Source: Camelus ferus
Lineage: Eukaryota
Assembly: GCF_009834535.1 (NCBI RefSeq)
Contig: NC_045696.1
Span: forward strand, 115,694,001-115,758,000
DNA: 64,000 bases
Direction of reading: 5' to 3'
How positions within the stretch are numbered: position 1 is the stretch's first letter; every line of letters begins with the position of its first letter. Under the pieces are notes generated by a model. That model made no database searches. It had not been told where the DNA came from and worked only from the letters and a program-made list of their open reading frames with translations. Shown piece after piece: positions 12,562 to 25,102 of the stretch. The translations under genes were made by a program, and so were the position numbers.

Positions 12562-13530
12562 CATTCATTCATTTCACAAATAGGTATTGAGAACCTACTA
12601 TGTGCCAGGAACTGTTCCAGGCACTGGGAATATATCAGTGAACAACAGACAGACATTCTTACCCTCATTAGCTTACATTCTATTGTTAACAAACAAGTAG
12701 GACATGTAATTGATGGGTAAATGTTATGTTAGAAGGTAGTAAATACAATGGAGGGGGGAAAAAAGCATGGGAAGTAAGATTCAGAGTTGTGAAAGTAGGT
12801 GCTACAAAAATAAATAAGATGGTCAGGGTGTGGATATTTGACAAGGTGATACTTGAGCAAAGACCTGAAATAAATGAGGATGCAAGCCACGTCATATCTC
12901 TAGGGTGACTATCCCAGAGGGAGCAACCAGTGCAAAGATCCCAAGGGAGAAGGACACCTAATGTGCTCAAGAAACATAAATAAGTCACTGTGGCTTTTGC
13001 AAAATAAATACAAAGGGGAGTTGTAGTAAAAGTCAGGACAACAGATCATAGGGTTTTGTAGGCCACTGTAAGAAGTTAGCATTTATTCTGTAAAGTAGCA
13101 TTTATTCTGTAAAGTAGAGATGTCAGGATTTGAGCAGAAGAATGATGTAATCTGATTTATATCTTTAAAGGACAACTCCAGATGTTGCCTTGAGAGTACG
13201 TAGTAGGGTGACCATCTGTCACAGTTTTCCTGGGACTGAGGAATGTCCTGAGACACATCACTTCCAGTGCCAAAACCAGGAACGTCCCGGGAATACCAGG
13301 GGGTGGCTCAACTTACTCTGGGCAAGAAGATCAAGAGTGGAAGCAGGAAAATGAGTTCAGAGGATACTGCGCTAACCTCAAGCCCTCATGGTGCTTCAGA
13401 CCATGATGGTAGCCATGGAGATGGCAAGAAGTGCTCAGGCTATGGATTTATCCTGAAGTTAGAGAAAACTAGATTTGTTGACTGATTGGATCTTGTGATA
13501 TGAGAGAAGACTCAAGGATAACTCCAACTG
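12562..13530 (-). mobile_element. L2a-like element (resumes at about 15550-15990 after the L1 insertion)
   Basis: CATTCATTCATT..TATTGAGAACCTACTATGTGCCAGG L2 3' end; continuation CATTAGACAACCTAGTGGAGAT..AGGCAG at 15.65 kb. Confidence 0.8.
13204..13315 (+). mobile_element. MER81-like hAT-Blackjack MITE
   Basis: TAGGGTGACCA..CCTGGGACTGAGG..CTTCCAGTGCCAAAACCAGGAACGTCCCGGG, about 112 bp. Confidence 0.85.
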
Positions 13531-13549
13531 AAGAGATTGAGGCCAGAAG

Positions 13550-14025
13550 TGGGGAGTGGCATCCGCATCATGACAGTGTAAGACATTCCTCCTATTATCC
13601 TCCCCTTTTAAACAATGAATTAGATATCCATCCGTGAACAAAAACATCATTGTCCAACACCACATGTCAAGGGATCGGAAAGGGGTCTTGCTCATCTGTG
13701 CACTTGGTAGTAAGTAGATAGCCTTCTGCACGGGCTGTGGAACCATCAGAGCCAGCGAACCTGAACCAACCTCTCTTGCCACAGGTGGGGAAAAAACCTG
13801 GAAAGTATGGGCTGGGCAGATACCCAGGGAAAAGAGAATATGCAGGAGTCCAGTCTTCCCAAAGGGAGATTCCAGCACATCACTGGAGGAAAATAACAAA
13901 CAGAAAACCCCCCAAAATATACACACGAAACAAGTTTGGTCACAATGGAGATGGAAACAAGAACTCTGCCGGTGCCTCACACTCCTCTCTCCACAAGGTA
14001 ACACTGCACCAGACTGAATTATCCC
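13550..14025 (+). mobile_element. Probable L1 5'UTR start
   Basis: GGGGAGTGGCATCCGCATCATGACAG resembles a CpG-decayed L1 5' terminus. GGGAGATTCCAGCAC resembles the L1 5' region at about 25.93 kb. Confidence 0.55.
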
Positions 14026-14030
14026 ATGAA

Positions 14031-14535
14031 TGAGCATCTTTTCACGTAACTGTTGGCCCATTTAGATGTCTTCTTTAGTAAAAATGTCTATTTAGTTTCT
14101 CTGCCCATTTTTAATCAGATTTTTTTGTTATTGAGTTGTTTGAGTTCTATAATATTTTAGATACTAACCCCTTACCTGACATACAATTCGTGAATATTTT
14201 CTCCCATTCCATAGGTTGCTTTTGGGTTTTTGATTGTTTCCTTTTATGGCCAGAAGCTTTTTAGTTTGATGTAGTTCCACTGGTAGATTTGTTTCTCAAA
14301 CTTTTGATGTCAGACCCCCAAAATCACTGCCTAGACCAGTGCCAGAAACATCTTCCCTACGTTCTCTTCTAAGAGTTTTATGGTATCCTGTCTTATGTTT
14401 AAGTCTTTATTCCATTTCATGTGAATGTTTTAAGTGTTGTAGGATAAGAGTCCAATTTCTGTTTTCTGCATGTGATTATACAGTTTTCCCAGTACTATTT
14501 GCTAAGGAGACTATATTTTTCCCCTTTGAGTGTTC
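14031..14535 (-). mobile_element. Inverted L1 ORF2 segment
   Basis: Antisense L1 text: TGAGCATCTTTTCA, TATTTTCTCCCATTCCATAGGTTGC, CAGAAGCTTTTTAGTTTGATGTAG. Confidence 0.9.
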
Positions 14536-15545
14536 AAAATATATAAAGAACTCCAACAACTCAATAACAAAATACCAAACAATTTGATTAAACAATGGAC
14601 AGATGACCTAGATATTTTCCCAGAGAGGACATTCAAGTGGTCAACAGGTCCCAGAAGATGTTCAGCAACACTAATCATCAGAGAAACACAAATAAAATCT
14701 ACAATGAAATATCATCTCATCCCTGGCTGTCATTAGGAAAAGAAGAGATAAGTGTTGCCAGGCTTGTGGAGAAAAGGGAACCTTTGCACACTGTTGGCGG
14801 GAATGTGAATTGGTTCAGCCCCTATGGAAAACAGTATGGTAGTTCCTCAAAAAATTAAAAATAGAACTACCATATTTCCAGTAACCCCACTTTTGGATAT
14901 TTATCCAAAGGAAATGAAAACAGGATATTGATCACATAGCTCCTCTGTCATGTTCCCCGCAGTGTTATTCATCATAGTCAAGAAATGAAGACAATCTAAG
15001 TGTTCATCAAAAGATGGATAAAGCAAATATTATTCAGGCATAAGAAAGAAGGAAATTCTGTTATTTGGGACTACATGGGTGGCCCTTGAGGGCATTATGC
15101 TGAGTGGGATAAGTCAGGCAGGTAGAGTAGGAAAAACATCATATGATATCAGTTATATGTGAATTTTAACAAGATGAACTCATCAAAAGCAGAGAGTAGA
15201 ATGATGGTTACCAGGGGGTGGGGTGGGAAAACTGGAGAGACGGTGTTCAAGGGCTCAAATGTGGAACTAGCAGATAAGTAAGTCCTGGAGAGCTAAAGCA
15301 CAGACAACAATCCTGTATTTTAAACTTCCAAGTTGCTAAGAGAGTAGGTCTCAAGTGTGTCCACCACAAAAGAAAGAAAAAAAAAAAGAAATAATTATGT
15401 GATGTGACAGAGGTGTTAGCTAACACTATAGTGATAATCATATTGCAATATATATATATGTATGTATCAAATCAACACATTGTACACCTGAAACTGACAC
15501 AATATTATACACCAATTATATCTCAATAAAAATAAATTTTAAACA
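14536..15545 (+). mobile_element. L1 ORF2 end plus 3'UTR (L1MA9-like)
   Basis: ORFs 14530-14858 give KIYKELQQLNNK and EKREPLHTVGGNVNW; ends TATATCTCAATAAAAATAAA. Confidence 0.92.
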
Positions 15546-16600
15546 ACAACTTAATCGCCATTAGCTGAGAAAAACAGGACTACGGATGGAGGTAAACTTT
15601 AGGGAGAAATATTCATTCTAGGGCCATGCTGAATTTGAAATGTGCATTAGACAACCTAGTGGAGATATTCATTAGGCAGTCAGATACATCAACATGAGTT
15701 AGAGGGACAAGTTCTCAACTAGAAATCTACTTTGGGGAGATAAAGGGGAGGAAACTGTGTTTAAAGCCACAAGATTAGATGAAATTATCAAGGGATTGAC
15801 AAGGAGAGAAGAAATCCAAGGGCTGGATGAAATTGTCTACACATGAAGTGTATGAAATGAAGAGATTCTAGTATTTGAAATATCTAACAGTTAAACAGGG
15901 AAGACAGAATAGCAAGTCAAACTTGAAAGGATAAAATTAATGACATAGGAGGAAAGTTAGGTGAGGAACAGACGTCAAGGGAGAAAGTAAAAAAGTTGAC
16001 TCACTCCAACAAGTCAAAGAAGAGATTGATTATTCTTTGACCATAGCCCGGGATATAAAAGATTATCTCCAGAGCTGGTTTTAAATCCATCTCAGTTGGT
16101 CAGTCTTGACTGGCATGGCTACGGTAAACACACATTTAAAAGTCAGCCAATCAGCAACAGCCTCCTACCAAGGACCAAGCTTCCAAAGCTGAAGTTTAAC
16201 CTATTCCTAAATACCCTCACTTGTCTGCACTCCAAACTCCCCGACTCGGCTGGTTGTTAAAAAAAAAAAAAAAAAAAAAGACTGTGCTTTTTCAACGTAG
16301 TCCTCCATTTCATAGCACACAACTCATTCAGTTTTCTGTTTCAGATGAAGAGCAACCAGCCTCTTCCTTCTACAAAGTTTCAGAAAGGAGAGAGGGATCA
16401 GCAGCGCTCAACAGGACTGAGAAGTTACAGGAAATAAGAACTTTGAGTGGTCGCTGGATTTATCAACATGGAGATTACTAATAACTTCGTAGAGTCATTT
16501 CGGGTCAGTGCCGAGGGACTCAGACCACGGTAGTCCGAGTGGTGAGTGGGAGTTGATGAAAATGGAGACAGTTGAAGAGAGAAGGGTTTTGAGACACTAT

Positions 16601-16712
16601 TTGAAAACTTTTTATTTTAGAATGGGTTCAGATTTACAGCAAACTGGAAAAATAGTACAAAGAATTCCCAGATACTCCACATCCACTTTCTCCAACTGTT
16701 AATATCCTACCT
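16601..16712 (-). mobile_element. Old L1 (L1MC-like) 3' terminal fragment
   Basis: TTTTATTTTAGAAT..CAGATTTACAG..AATAGTACAAAGAATTCCC. Confidence 0.65.
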
Positions 16713-18899
16713 TAGAAAACTCTGTTTTTGGATCTTTCACTCTCAACAAAAGAGACAATGGGTAGCTGTGACGAAATAGGTAAGAGGAAAAAATGAGGTT
16801 AAAGAATTTTTGCTGTTTGAACTGATTTCTTTCACTGGTTTTGTTTATCTGTGAGTTTGTTTAAGGGAGGACAGACCTGATGTCTAAATGATGATTAGAG
16901 CCATACTGATGTCAGAAAGAGAATGAAGATCGCTTTGAGAGGTGACTTCTTAGAGAGCTTATAATTGACATCACTTAAGGTTTCAGGTAAAACTGTTATG
17001 TTAAATTTCAGTTTGGTTCAATGCATATCAGCCTGTCGCAAATATTGTAGGAAAGATCTAACACAATTTTCTCATTTTAAAAAAATGTTTGTTGGCTTTA
17101 TAGCTCAAGACATTACACCTGCTGATGTCCACTACGACTATGATGGTGCCTCTATGTACAAGGCTGTCTATACAATTTCACTTTAAATCTTTTATTCCAT
17201 CTCTAAGTGGTAGAATTTGACTAATAGGCTCTTGTGGCTTCCCATAAAGAGGTGACAGAACTTGAAGATGAAGGAGTTTCCATTTTTCTCTGATGACGTC
17301 ATCTCAGCTCATTCTAAAACAGCACATTAGGAGAAGACAAAAGTGAAACTCAGTGTTTATCGTCAACCTCAGTTGTGACCAGAAAACTCTGGCTCTTTCC
17401 AATAATGAAAAATACATCATTTACTAATATTTGTGACTACAAATAAATGCAGAAAATGGCTGCATTTATGCCATTTAAACCAATATGATGCTCTAAGACA
17501 TTCCCTCAAAAAGATTTGAGTCCAAAGTGAAGATTTTAAGAGAGAAGCATCTGAGATAAGAAGAGAACATGCAACAAGGTGTCAGAAGTTCGAACAAATG
17601 GAGAGAGCAGCTCACAGCCGAGCTTTCAAGAACAGCAGTCAAGGACAAAGGGACTGGTGAGCGACGCTGCTTCCTCCTCCTTTCTGCCTTATGCCCTTTT
17701 TTTCACGTCAGGGAGTTAGAAGCAAGCACGCTTTTGTTCAAACTGATGGTCCTAATGCATATTTTCACTTCCCTTCTCTAAAACCAAAGTTTATAAACAA
17801 CACAGCCAGGTTTCCCAAAATTTCAGAACCATAGTATTAGGAAAGGTGCATGTAGGTAGATCAGGAGACCTTTTATTGTTCGTAATAAAAGCTTGGAGAG
17901 GACGTGAAATTGGGGCCAAACAACCTGGCAATGTCCTTATTTTCTGCTTCGCTGCTCTTCTTCGATCAGAACCCTTTCCCACGTGTCTCACCTCTTTTCT
18001 CGCTCGACTCGGACCTGTGTTGCTGAATACTGATGAGGTTTGACTGGGGTCAGCTCTAGCCCCTGATTTTTCAAGTAATCTGCTTGGGCTCTGAATGCTG
18101 GCTGAAATTACAAGAAAATTGGTAGGCAACACAACGTCACCCCCACAGATCGGGAAAAAGATGCTACCCATGGTGACAGAAGTGGTTCTGCAAACCCTCT
18201 AGGATGGAAAAAGTGTAACTGAGATATCCAGAGGCTGGGCATGTAATGTAAGAGTGACAAACGCTTGATTGGACATTACAGCTTTTGTCTTTCGCTAATA
18301 CAGTAAGATAAATTTCAAGAACGGTATGGATACCCCAGAAAAAGGTTTGTGCCAACAATTGGTTTAAAAACCCAGGCATGAGTGTCTCATAGAATCCTGC
18401 CAAGTTTGCTCTGTGTGATTCCATTTTAGGAGTACAAACCACTCTATCTGGACAGGGTGAAAAAATAAAAATCTCAGGATATACATGACATGAATATGTT
18501 ACTCAAATAAGTCATTGTTATTCATGCAGCTCCAAACATTCCAAGGACACCTGTATCCTGGGGACATTTTCTCGGATTGCACTCCAGTGCTTTCACATGC
18601 TGTGGTCTCTGAAAGCCGAGAGCAGAGTCCCAGCAGGGCAGGGGGGACCAGCAGACAGAGCCCTGGAGCAGCAATCACAGGACGTGGGTGCCGTGGCTGG
18701 CCCCTCCTCCTCTCAGCAAACACATAAATCTGTGCAAGGTGCACAACCCAAGATCCTAAATCTTGGATGAAACGTTCGGCAGGTAACTTATCCTCACCCC
18801 TGTTTTGTTGAAAAGGAAATTAAGTCCTGCAGAGATTCTAATTTGTTGAAGGCTATGCAAGAGTTCGACAATTGGAAAGAGTTTAGAAATTTCAGCGTG

Positions 18900-19117
18900 G
18901 GCTGTAAAGATTCTACCATCAGCCCCAATGTGTAGGCGAATTCTGGGCAGCTCTCCCATTCATTGTTATCCATGGGACTGGCTAGAAATGGTACTGGTGT
19001 TGCATCAGAGCCAAACTTTCCTTCTGCTCAATCCTGCATCCTTCCTTTCCTAATAAACTTACTAAATCCAAACTTCCACCCAGAGGGTACTTCCTGGGGA
19101 ACCTCACCTGATCAACA
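18900..19117 (+). mobile_element. ERVL LTR16-like fragment
   Basis: CCTTCTGCTCAATCCTGC..CCTAATAAAC..CTTCCTGGGGAACC resembles the LTR16 3' half. Confidence 0.6.
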
Positions 19118-19859
19118 CTTTTTTTTTTTCAAAGACTAAAGTGTGTCTTACAAACATCGCCCCCGTTGAGGTGCAGTTTTGGTGTGTGAATGAAGCTAGG
19201 TGTTATTCCTCCATCCTTACAATTACTTCCTACGAGGGAGATGTGCACTCAAGGATGGTGATCTGATAAGTAAGAGGGCAAGTAAGATCCCCCTGAGAAG
19301 TGTGGTTTGGAGAATGTGTTTTCCTCCAGAGGGTCTCGGGGGACCTCTCATGTCCTTCTCCCTGGCCGGTCTAAGGTCTCCAAGTGTGTGAAGCTCACTG
19401 TAGCCGGGATTACCTGGCTGGTCACAGGCTCAGAGCACACCCGGAAATTCATTGCATTTTAATGCTTGAAGGTAACCAGATAAGACAGGGCTCACTGCTC
19501 CTCTCCCTATAATTGCCATTACAAAAAAGAAGAAATGAAAGAGTTAATTAAATCATGCAAAGGCTTCTCCTCTTCTTAAATAGCAGAGGTGGAGCGTGAC
19601 TGAAGCGCCATCTGATTCTAAAATCCGTGTTGGGGGTGGCAGTAAATAGTCATCAAAGATACTGGAGCCTGGGGGACAGGGACTAATGTCGGTGCGAGAA
19701 AGTGGTCCCTTGCGGTACAATCTCCGAGCGGCATCAGAGGGAGTGACATCAGAGACCCAGTGAGTGAGAGCTGGCTTTGAGAGAAAGAAGGTTCTGGAGG
19801 AGGCAGACTCTCCCGGACCATTCAAAAAGAAGGAGAGGAGAACTGAACTGACATCTTAA

Positions 19860-20280
19860 CGAAAGAATAACGAAAAGCTGCTGACTCGCTCGCGGTCCAT
19901 CCCGGTGACTTCGTGAGCACGAGGGTGAAAGGAGAATTGAAGGAAAACTGAAAACAACTCCGTCGGGAATGCAGACAAGAAACGCCTGGGCCGCCTGACG
20001 CAGAGGTGAAAGGACTCAGAAGGAGAAGACGGCATGGCACCAGCAGAGCTGCGTTTCTCTCCAAGCTGACCTCGGCGTGGAAGGGACTAGCTTTCGCTGC
20101 TGCCGACTGCTCTCGCGACGCCTCAGCCCCAGCATTGTTCTGTGCATCTCCAGTGAGCTCCGCCGCAGCAAGATACAGGCAAAGCCCAGTGCGAGGTCAG
20201 CTCCGATAACGAGCTGCTCTGAATAATGATGTTGCAGGTGCGTGCCCCGCTCCCCAGTCCCCGAACAGACACCGTATCAC
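19860..20280. promoter_or_regulatory. Small CpG-island-like segment
   Basis: About 30 CpGs in 420 bp by hand count and visibly GC-rich, within a CpG-depleted window; not recognised as a repeat. Confidence 0.55.
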
Positions 20281-20629
20281 TCACTACTTTGTTAATCGAT
20301 TGCAAAGACTTTGTCAGGCTCTGCCAGGTGCGGAGAGCTGCTTCCTGGGCTCTGAATCCTGATTAATCATATCCTGGGCTGTCAGGTCTGGGTCCTGAGC
20401 AGAGGGGGGACATGAATCTCTTACTGCAGGTTACAAGCCCAAATGCCAACCTATTGTCATTCGACAGTGACACTGGCCCAGAGGTTCCAGATCTGTCAGT
20501 GTTTTAAGGGAATCTATGTTGCCTACAGCCCATTGTTGGATGCCACCCGTTGACCAAATGAAATATATACACACATGGTATCAAACCAACAGGCCACCTT
20601 TATCCTAAAAGGTATACACTATTCAATCG

Positions 20630-20830
20630 CTTACCAAGTACTTTGCTATTGTTTATATCACTAGAGTTTTAGACTACAGGTAAGGTAAATACCATTTCCA
20701 TTTTATAGATAAGGAAAGTGCAATTTATAGGTGTCAGGTGACTTGCTTATAATTCTATAACCAGGGACTAGAGAAGATTCCATGCTGATCTGAGCCCCGG
20801 ATGCGTGGTCTCTTCAGCCACCTCCGTTCT
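20630..20830 (-). mobile_element. MIR SINE
   Basis: Core CCATTTTATAGATAAGGAAA..GGTGACTTGC. Confidence 0.7.
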
Positions 20831-22617
20831 ATGCTACATGCACTGTTTTCCTTCTAAAATCTTCTATATTTTAGTCAATGCCAATGGAATATAGAAAAGT
20901 GAAATGTGAATGTGGATCAGACAACTATTGGACGATGAAGCCTGGAAGCGGGGAGTGGAACTGACATATAATTTGACTCTACACATTCATTTCCTTTGCA
21001 TTTCTGATAAGTAGTCACGTCCTCAGAAGAATAAAAGCTGCCCCAGCATCTCTGAGATGGGGAACAGTGAGCGCTGGTGTTGGAGATGGAAAGACTGAAA
21101 TGCCTACTGTGCACCTCACTCTGAAAGGAGCGTGACAGATGTTTCATGGGGTACCAGCAAGAACTACACTGGAAATGACAGGCAGTAAACAGAAACAAGA
21201 GATGTGATTCACAGGAATGTATCGGTTGCCTATGCTTTGAAAACCAGAAGCTGGAACCTTAGAACCTCCTAATAGGTGGTAAAGCTCAGCCATGGGAAGA
21301 GATAGATGTTTAATCAGCCTTAGTAACAAAACAAATATGTACCATTCTTTTTGAGATCCTGCGTTATGCAAGATCCTCTACTAATAACTATGAAGATGAT
21401 AGCAAGCATACTCACCATGGCCCTCCATGATAGGTTTTAGAATTTCAGTCTATGATTGTTGATGGACTTGTGACCTAGACAGATCACACAACCAGAGTTT
21501 AGTGAATCCACGATTGAAGCAACACCTACAAAGACGGATCACGTATAGCACAGAGGCTCCAAGAGGGTAACACCCACGATTCAGCTTCAAACCTCGGCAA
21601 ATAGCTCATAGGGAGCCCTTATAAAAGCCCAAGGCAAACACGGTTTCGGGGTAAGTGCAGACATTTCAGGGAAACCAAGCGAAGAAACTAGGGTACGTTC
21701 TGCTGAAGCTTGGCTGCCAGCCAGTCTACGGCCACACCAAGAATGAGGAATCTATCTCCGTGCCCCCCTCCCCGATACCGTCATGGTTTTATATTTTCTC
21801 TGTTCTGTCAGGGGAAAGATGAGTTTTCTTTAATTTAGTTGTGTTCTAGTCCCCCTCTTCTCTTTGCCCTAAAACATGCCTTTTGAAAGACTACACATTT
21901 ATCTTGGCTGACCATTGTCCCCATTCTAGCCAGGGGTGTGTGGTGACCACAAGGAACGGGCAGGGTGGGGATAGCCTCAGTCCCAGGAGAGACCCGGTGG
22001 CCCCCAGGCACTGGAGAGAGGGGATTAGACACAGCTGAGGTCAGCTGAGCCCTTCCCTCCTACAATTTCGCTCTGTCTTCTTCATTCATACTCTTTATAA
22101 AATTCCAAAATTTCACTCCCATGCTTGTTCAAAAACTATCTACTTAACTTCCCAAATTGCTTAGATTCAGGGTTCAGAGAACAGGGCTGAACTGTGTCAT
22201 TTTTGGAAAATCCTACTATTCGGGGGAAAGTTCCCATTTTATGTTTTGTTGTGTATCCAAAATAAGGTGCAAGGAAAAAGCAAGGCTTTGATAAACTGCG
22301 ATTTATTCCTAAAAGTCAACTCCGGACTTATCCTGTCTTAAATCAAGGTAGCCTATAACTTTGACAATCAAATGGAAGACACACACCTACAGGAACTTAA
22401 AAGCAACAAGAATACAGAGATGGAACCCCAGACTCCTCCTCCCCAGACACCAACAGTTTTAAGCGGCATGGGGTCAGCGTTTTTGTCAGGATGGCTCTGT
22501 GCTCTACCAGTGGGCTTTGAAGGAACACGTGGCTTTACTGCAGCCGGTTTCTTAGCCAGAGAATTATTGCTTCCTTTACTTTGTGAATTTACTGAGTCCC
22601 CAGGAAGGGCAGCTTCA

Positions 22618-22656
<39 letters not shown>

Positions 22657-23104
22657 TCAATGCCAGTTGGTTCTAGAGGAAATGGTTCCAAGGATTCTGA
22701 TGTCATCTCACCACCGGAGGAAGGGAAAGGATGTGATTTCACCACATATTTATTGATATAGAAATGAAACATCACGACATCCTCTCTATGCCCAGAGATG
22801 GCAATGAGAGACTCGAGACAGAAGTTCACACATCTCCCCGTTTATAGTCACTTTTGTCATTGAGAAGACCTTCTCCCACTGGCTTCCCCAAATGACTCAT
22901 GGCAAATGGATAACTCTGTTGTGACGTCTACGTTTAATAAGGTGAAAAAAATCTAAGAGTTCCCCTGTCTTGGGAGGCTCCTTAATTCATCTGTTTCTTC
23001 ATTTAAACAAATATTTTGGGAGGCAATTAATATGTAATAAGGTCCATGCTATACATTGGGGTTCATGTGTGAATAATAATAATAATGAAGTTAATAATAA
23101 TATG

Positions 23105-23340
23105 AAGAATAGCAACACAGATTTATTAATTTCCTGCAAGCACTGAATACTCCAGAAACTGTGCCTGTAATTCACATACATTTTCTCATTAAACTGTCTC
23201 CCCAAAAAGCCGTATGATCAGGTATAATTTTTATCTTATTTCACAGATGAGCAGCTTAGAATAGGTAAGTATCTTGCCCCGGGTCCCAGAGATAGAGAGC
23301 AGTGGAACCAGGATTCCAGTCTGAATGGAAGGACTCTAGA
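23105..23340 (-). mobile_element. MIR SINE
   Basis: ATTTCACAGATGAG..AAGTATCTTGCCCCGGGTCCCA..GGAACCAGGATTC. Confidence 0.75.
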
Positions 23341-23752
23341 AAACACAGACTCGGTCTCACCTGGTGGTTTTCAAGAGATCTGACATATCAGGGAAAGTTC
23401 TGGATCCTGCATTTTGTTCAGGAAGGTGACTCAGTGGGTCAGTGACCTTCAAAATGAAGGTAATACCAGGGGTGACCACACATCGACTCAACTTCTCTTT
23501 AGTTCTGTAAGGGGAGTTGGATCACCTGCTCACCAGGAGTATTTACTTGGCTCTCTGGTTACAGAAAAGATGAAATTCAGGTTCGAAGAACATCAGATTT
23601 GTGGTGGACTCAGAGCTGTTTATATCACCTCGATTCAGATCACTGTTTTCAGTGTAAAACAAATATATTTATTTTTAGTTAGTGCAGGATACACACGTGC
23701 TTATTTCAAATAAAAATGTGCTTAGAAGCACATACTTTAAAAAGGCCCTTGT

Positions 23753-24127
23753 AATGGAATCATTTTCAGCCATAACCAGGAAAGAAATACATGTTATAAC
23801 ATGTAAAAACATACTAAGTGAACGAAGCCAGTCACAAAAGACAGCATGTAATGTGATCCTGTTCAAATGAAATTTCCGGAAGAGGAAAATCTATAGAGAC
23901 GCAAAGTAGATTAGCGGTTTCCTGGAGCTGGGGTGGCAGGAGGGACATCAGGGGTGGTGGCTGAAAGTCATCGTGTTCCTTTTTGAGGTGATAAAAATAT
24001 TTGAAAATTAACTGCGGTCACAGTCACATGTATCTGTGAATATACTAAAAACCATGGAATTGTACGGCTTAAATGGGTAACGTGTATATTATACATGAGC
24101 TATACCTATAAAGCTGTTTAAGAAAAG
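23753..24127 (+). mobile_element. L1MB-like 3' end
   Basis: CTAAGTGAACGAAGCCAGTCACAAAAGAC, AAATCTATAGAGAC..AAAGTAGATTAG and TGTGAATATACTAAAAACC. Confidence 0.85.
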
Positions 24128-24753
24128 AAAGGCAGGCGGAGGAAGCCTGAAACTCCATCCCTATTACTCCCACCCTCAGTGAGACACCTGAGCCAATTTC
24201 TCAGAGCTTTACATTTCAAAAAAAAAATTTACTCACGACACTATTTTAAGCCATTTTATGAATGACAAAGTAGAAGCCGCTGATAAAAATGTATGAATGA
24301 GACAGAGCAGGGTGAACACTTGACTCCTCTTCCTCATTCATCCTGGCCCCAGAGGCTGTTATGGATGGATTAGGCAAGTCAAAGAGGCAGTTGACACCAG
24401 CCCACGTTACCGAGGTTCAGGGCTTCCCTGTGGACAACGGAAGGGATTACAGTTGGGAGCCCACACGGAGGGTGGGGGCGAGAAAAGAGGCTTGGAATTG
24501 TTTCACCTGGGGGGTAACCCTGCTCTAGAAAGACCTGGAACGGGTCAATTTAACTCTTTCAAAGGCCTAAAGAGAAGCATTCTCTCTCCGTTTTATCTTG
24601 GCTTGCTGTTTCCTGGAACTATCTTCCTTGACAGTGAAGCGCTATTATAGCCTGTTACCTCCTTTTCTCAAAGAGTTCTGCAGACGGAGCCATGTCGGTC
24701 TCTCTCAGCAGCCTCCTTCAGTGTGTTTGCATCTAAGACCATGAAGGCAGGCC

Positions 24754-25102
24754 TTTTTATTGAAGTATAGTTGATTTACAATATTGTGCTAGCTTCTGGC
24801 GTACAGCAAAGTGATTCAGTTATATATATATTCTTTTTCAGGTTCTTTTCTGTTATGGTTTATTGCAGGATATTGAATATAGTTCCCAGTGCTATACAGT
24901 GGGTCCTTGTTGTTTATCTATTTTTTATATAATAGTTTGTATCCTCTAATCCAAAACTCCTAATTGATCCCTCCCTCATCCTTTTTCCTTTTTGGTAACC
25001 ACAAGTTTGTTTTCTGTGTCTATAAGTCTGTTTCTGGTTTGTAAACAAGTTCATTTGTGTCATCTTTTAAGTTCCACATATAAGTGATATCATCTGGTAT
25101 TT
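24754..25102 (-). mobile_element. L1 3'UTR (cetartiodactyl type)
   Basis: TTTTTATTGAAGTATAGTTGATTTACAATATTGTG..GTACAGCAAAGTGATTCAG. Confidence 0.9.

Noticed and set aside
13459..14061. Longest ORF (200 aa, minus strand)
   Set aside because: It spans L2 and L1 pieces and has no recognisable domain, so it is a chance ORF.
16020..16220. Possible promoter (GTAAACA, AGCCAATCAG)
   Set aside because: Isolated short motifs among L2 debris with no other support.
19822..20064. 80-aa ORF with a signal-peptide-like N-terminus in the CpG patch
   Set aside because: It starts at TTG rather than ATG and resembles no family I know.
22368..22829. Overlapping 153-aa and 129-aa ORFs
   Set aside because: The poly-Lys and poly-Phe runs come from an A-rich simple repeat, and there are no coding hallmarks.
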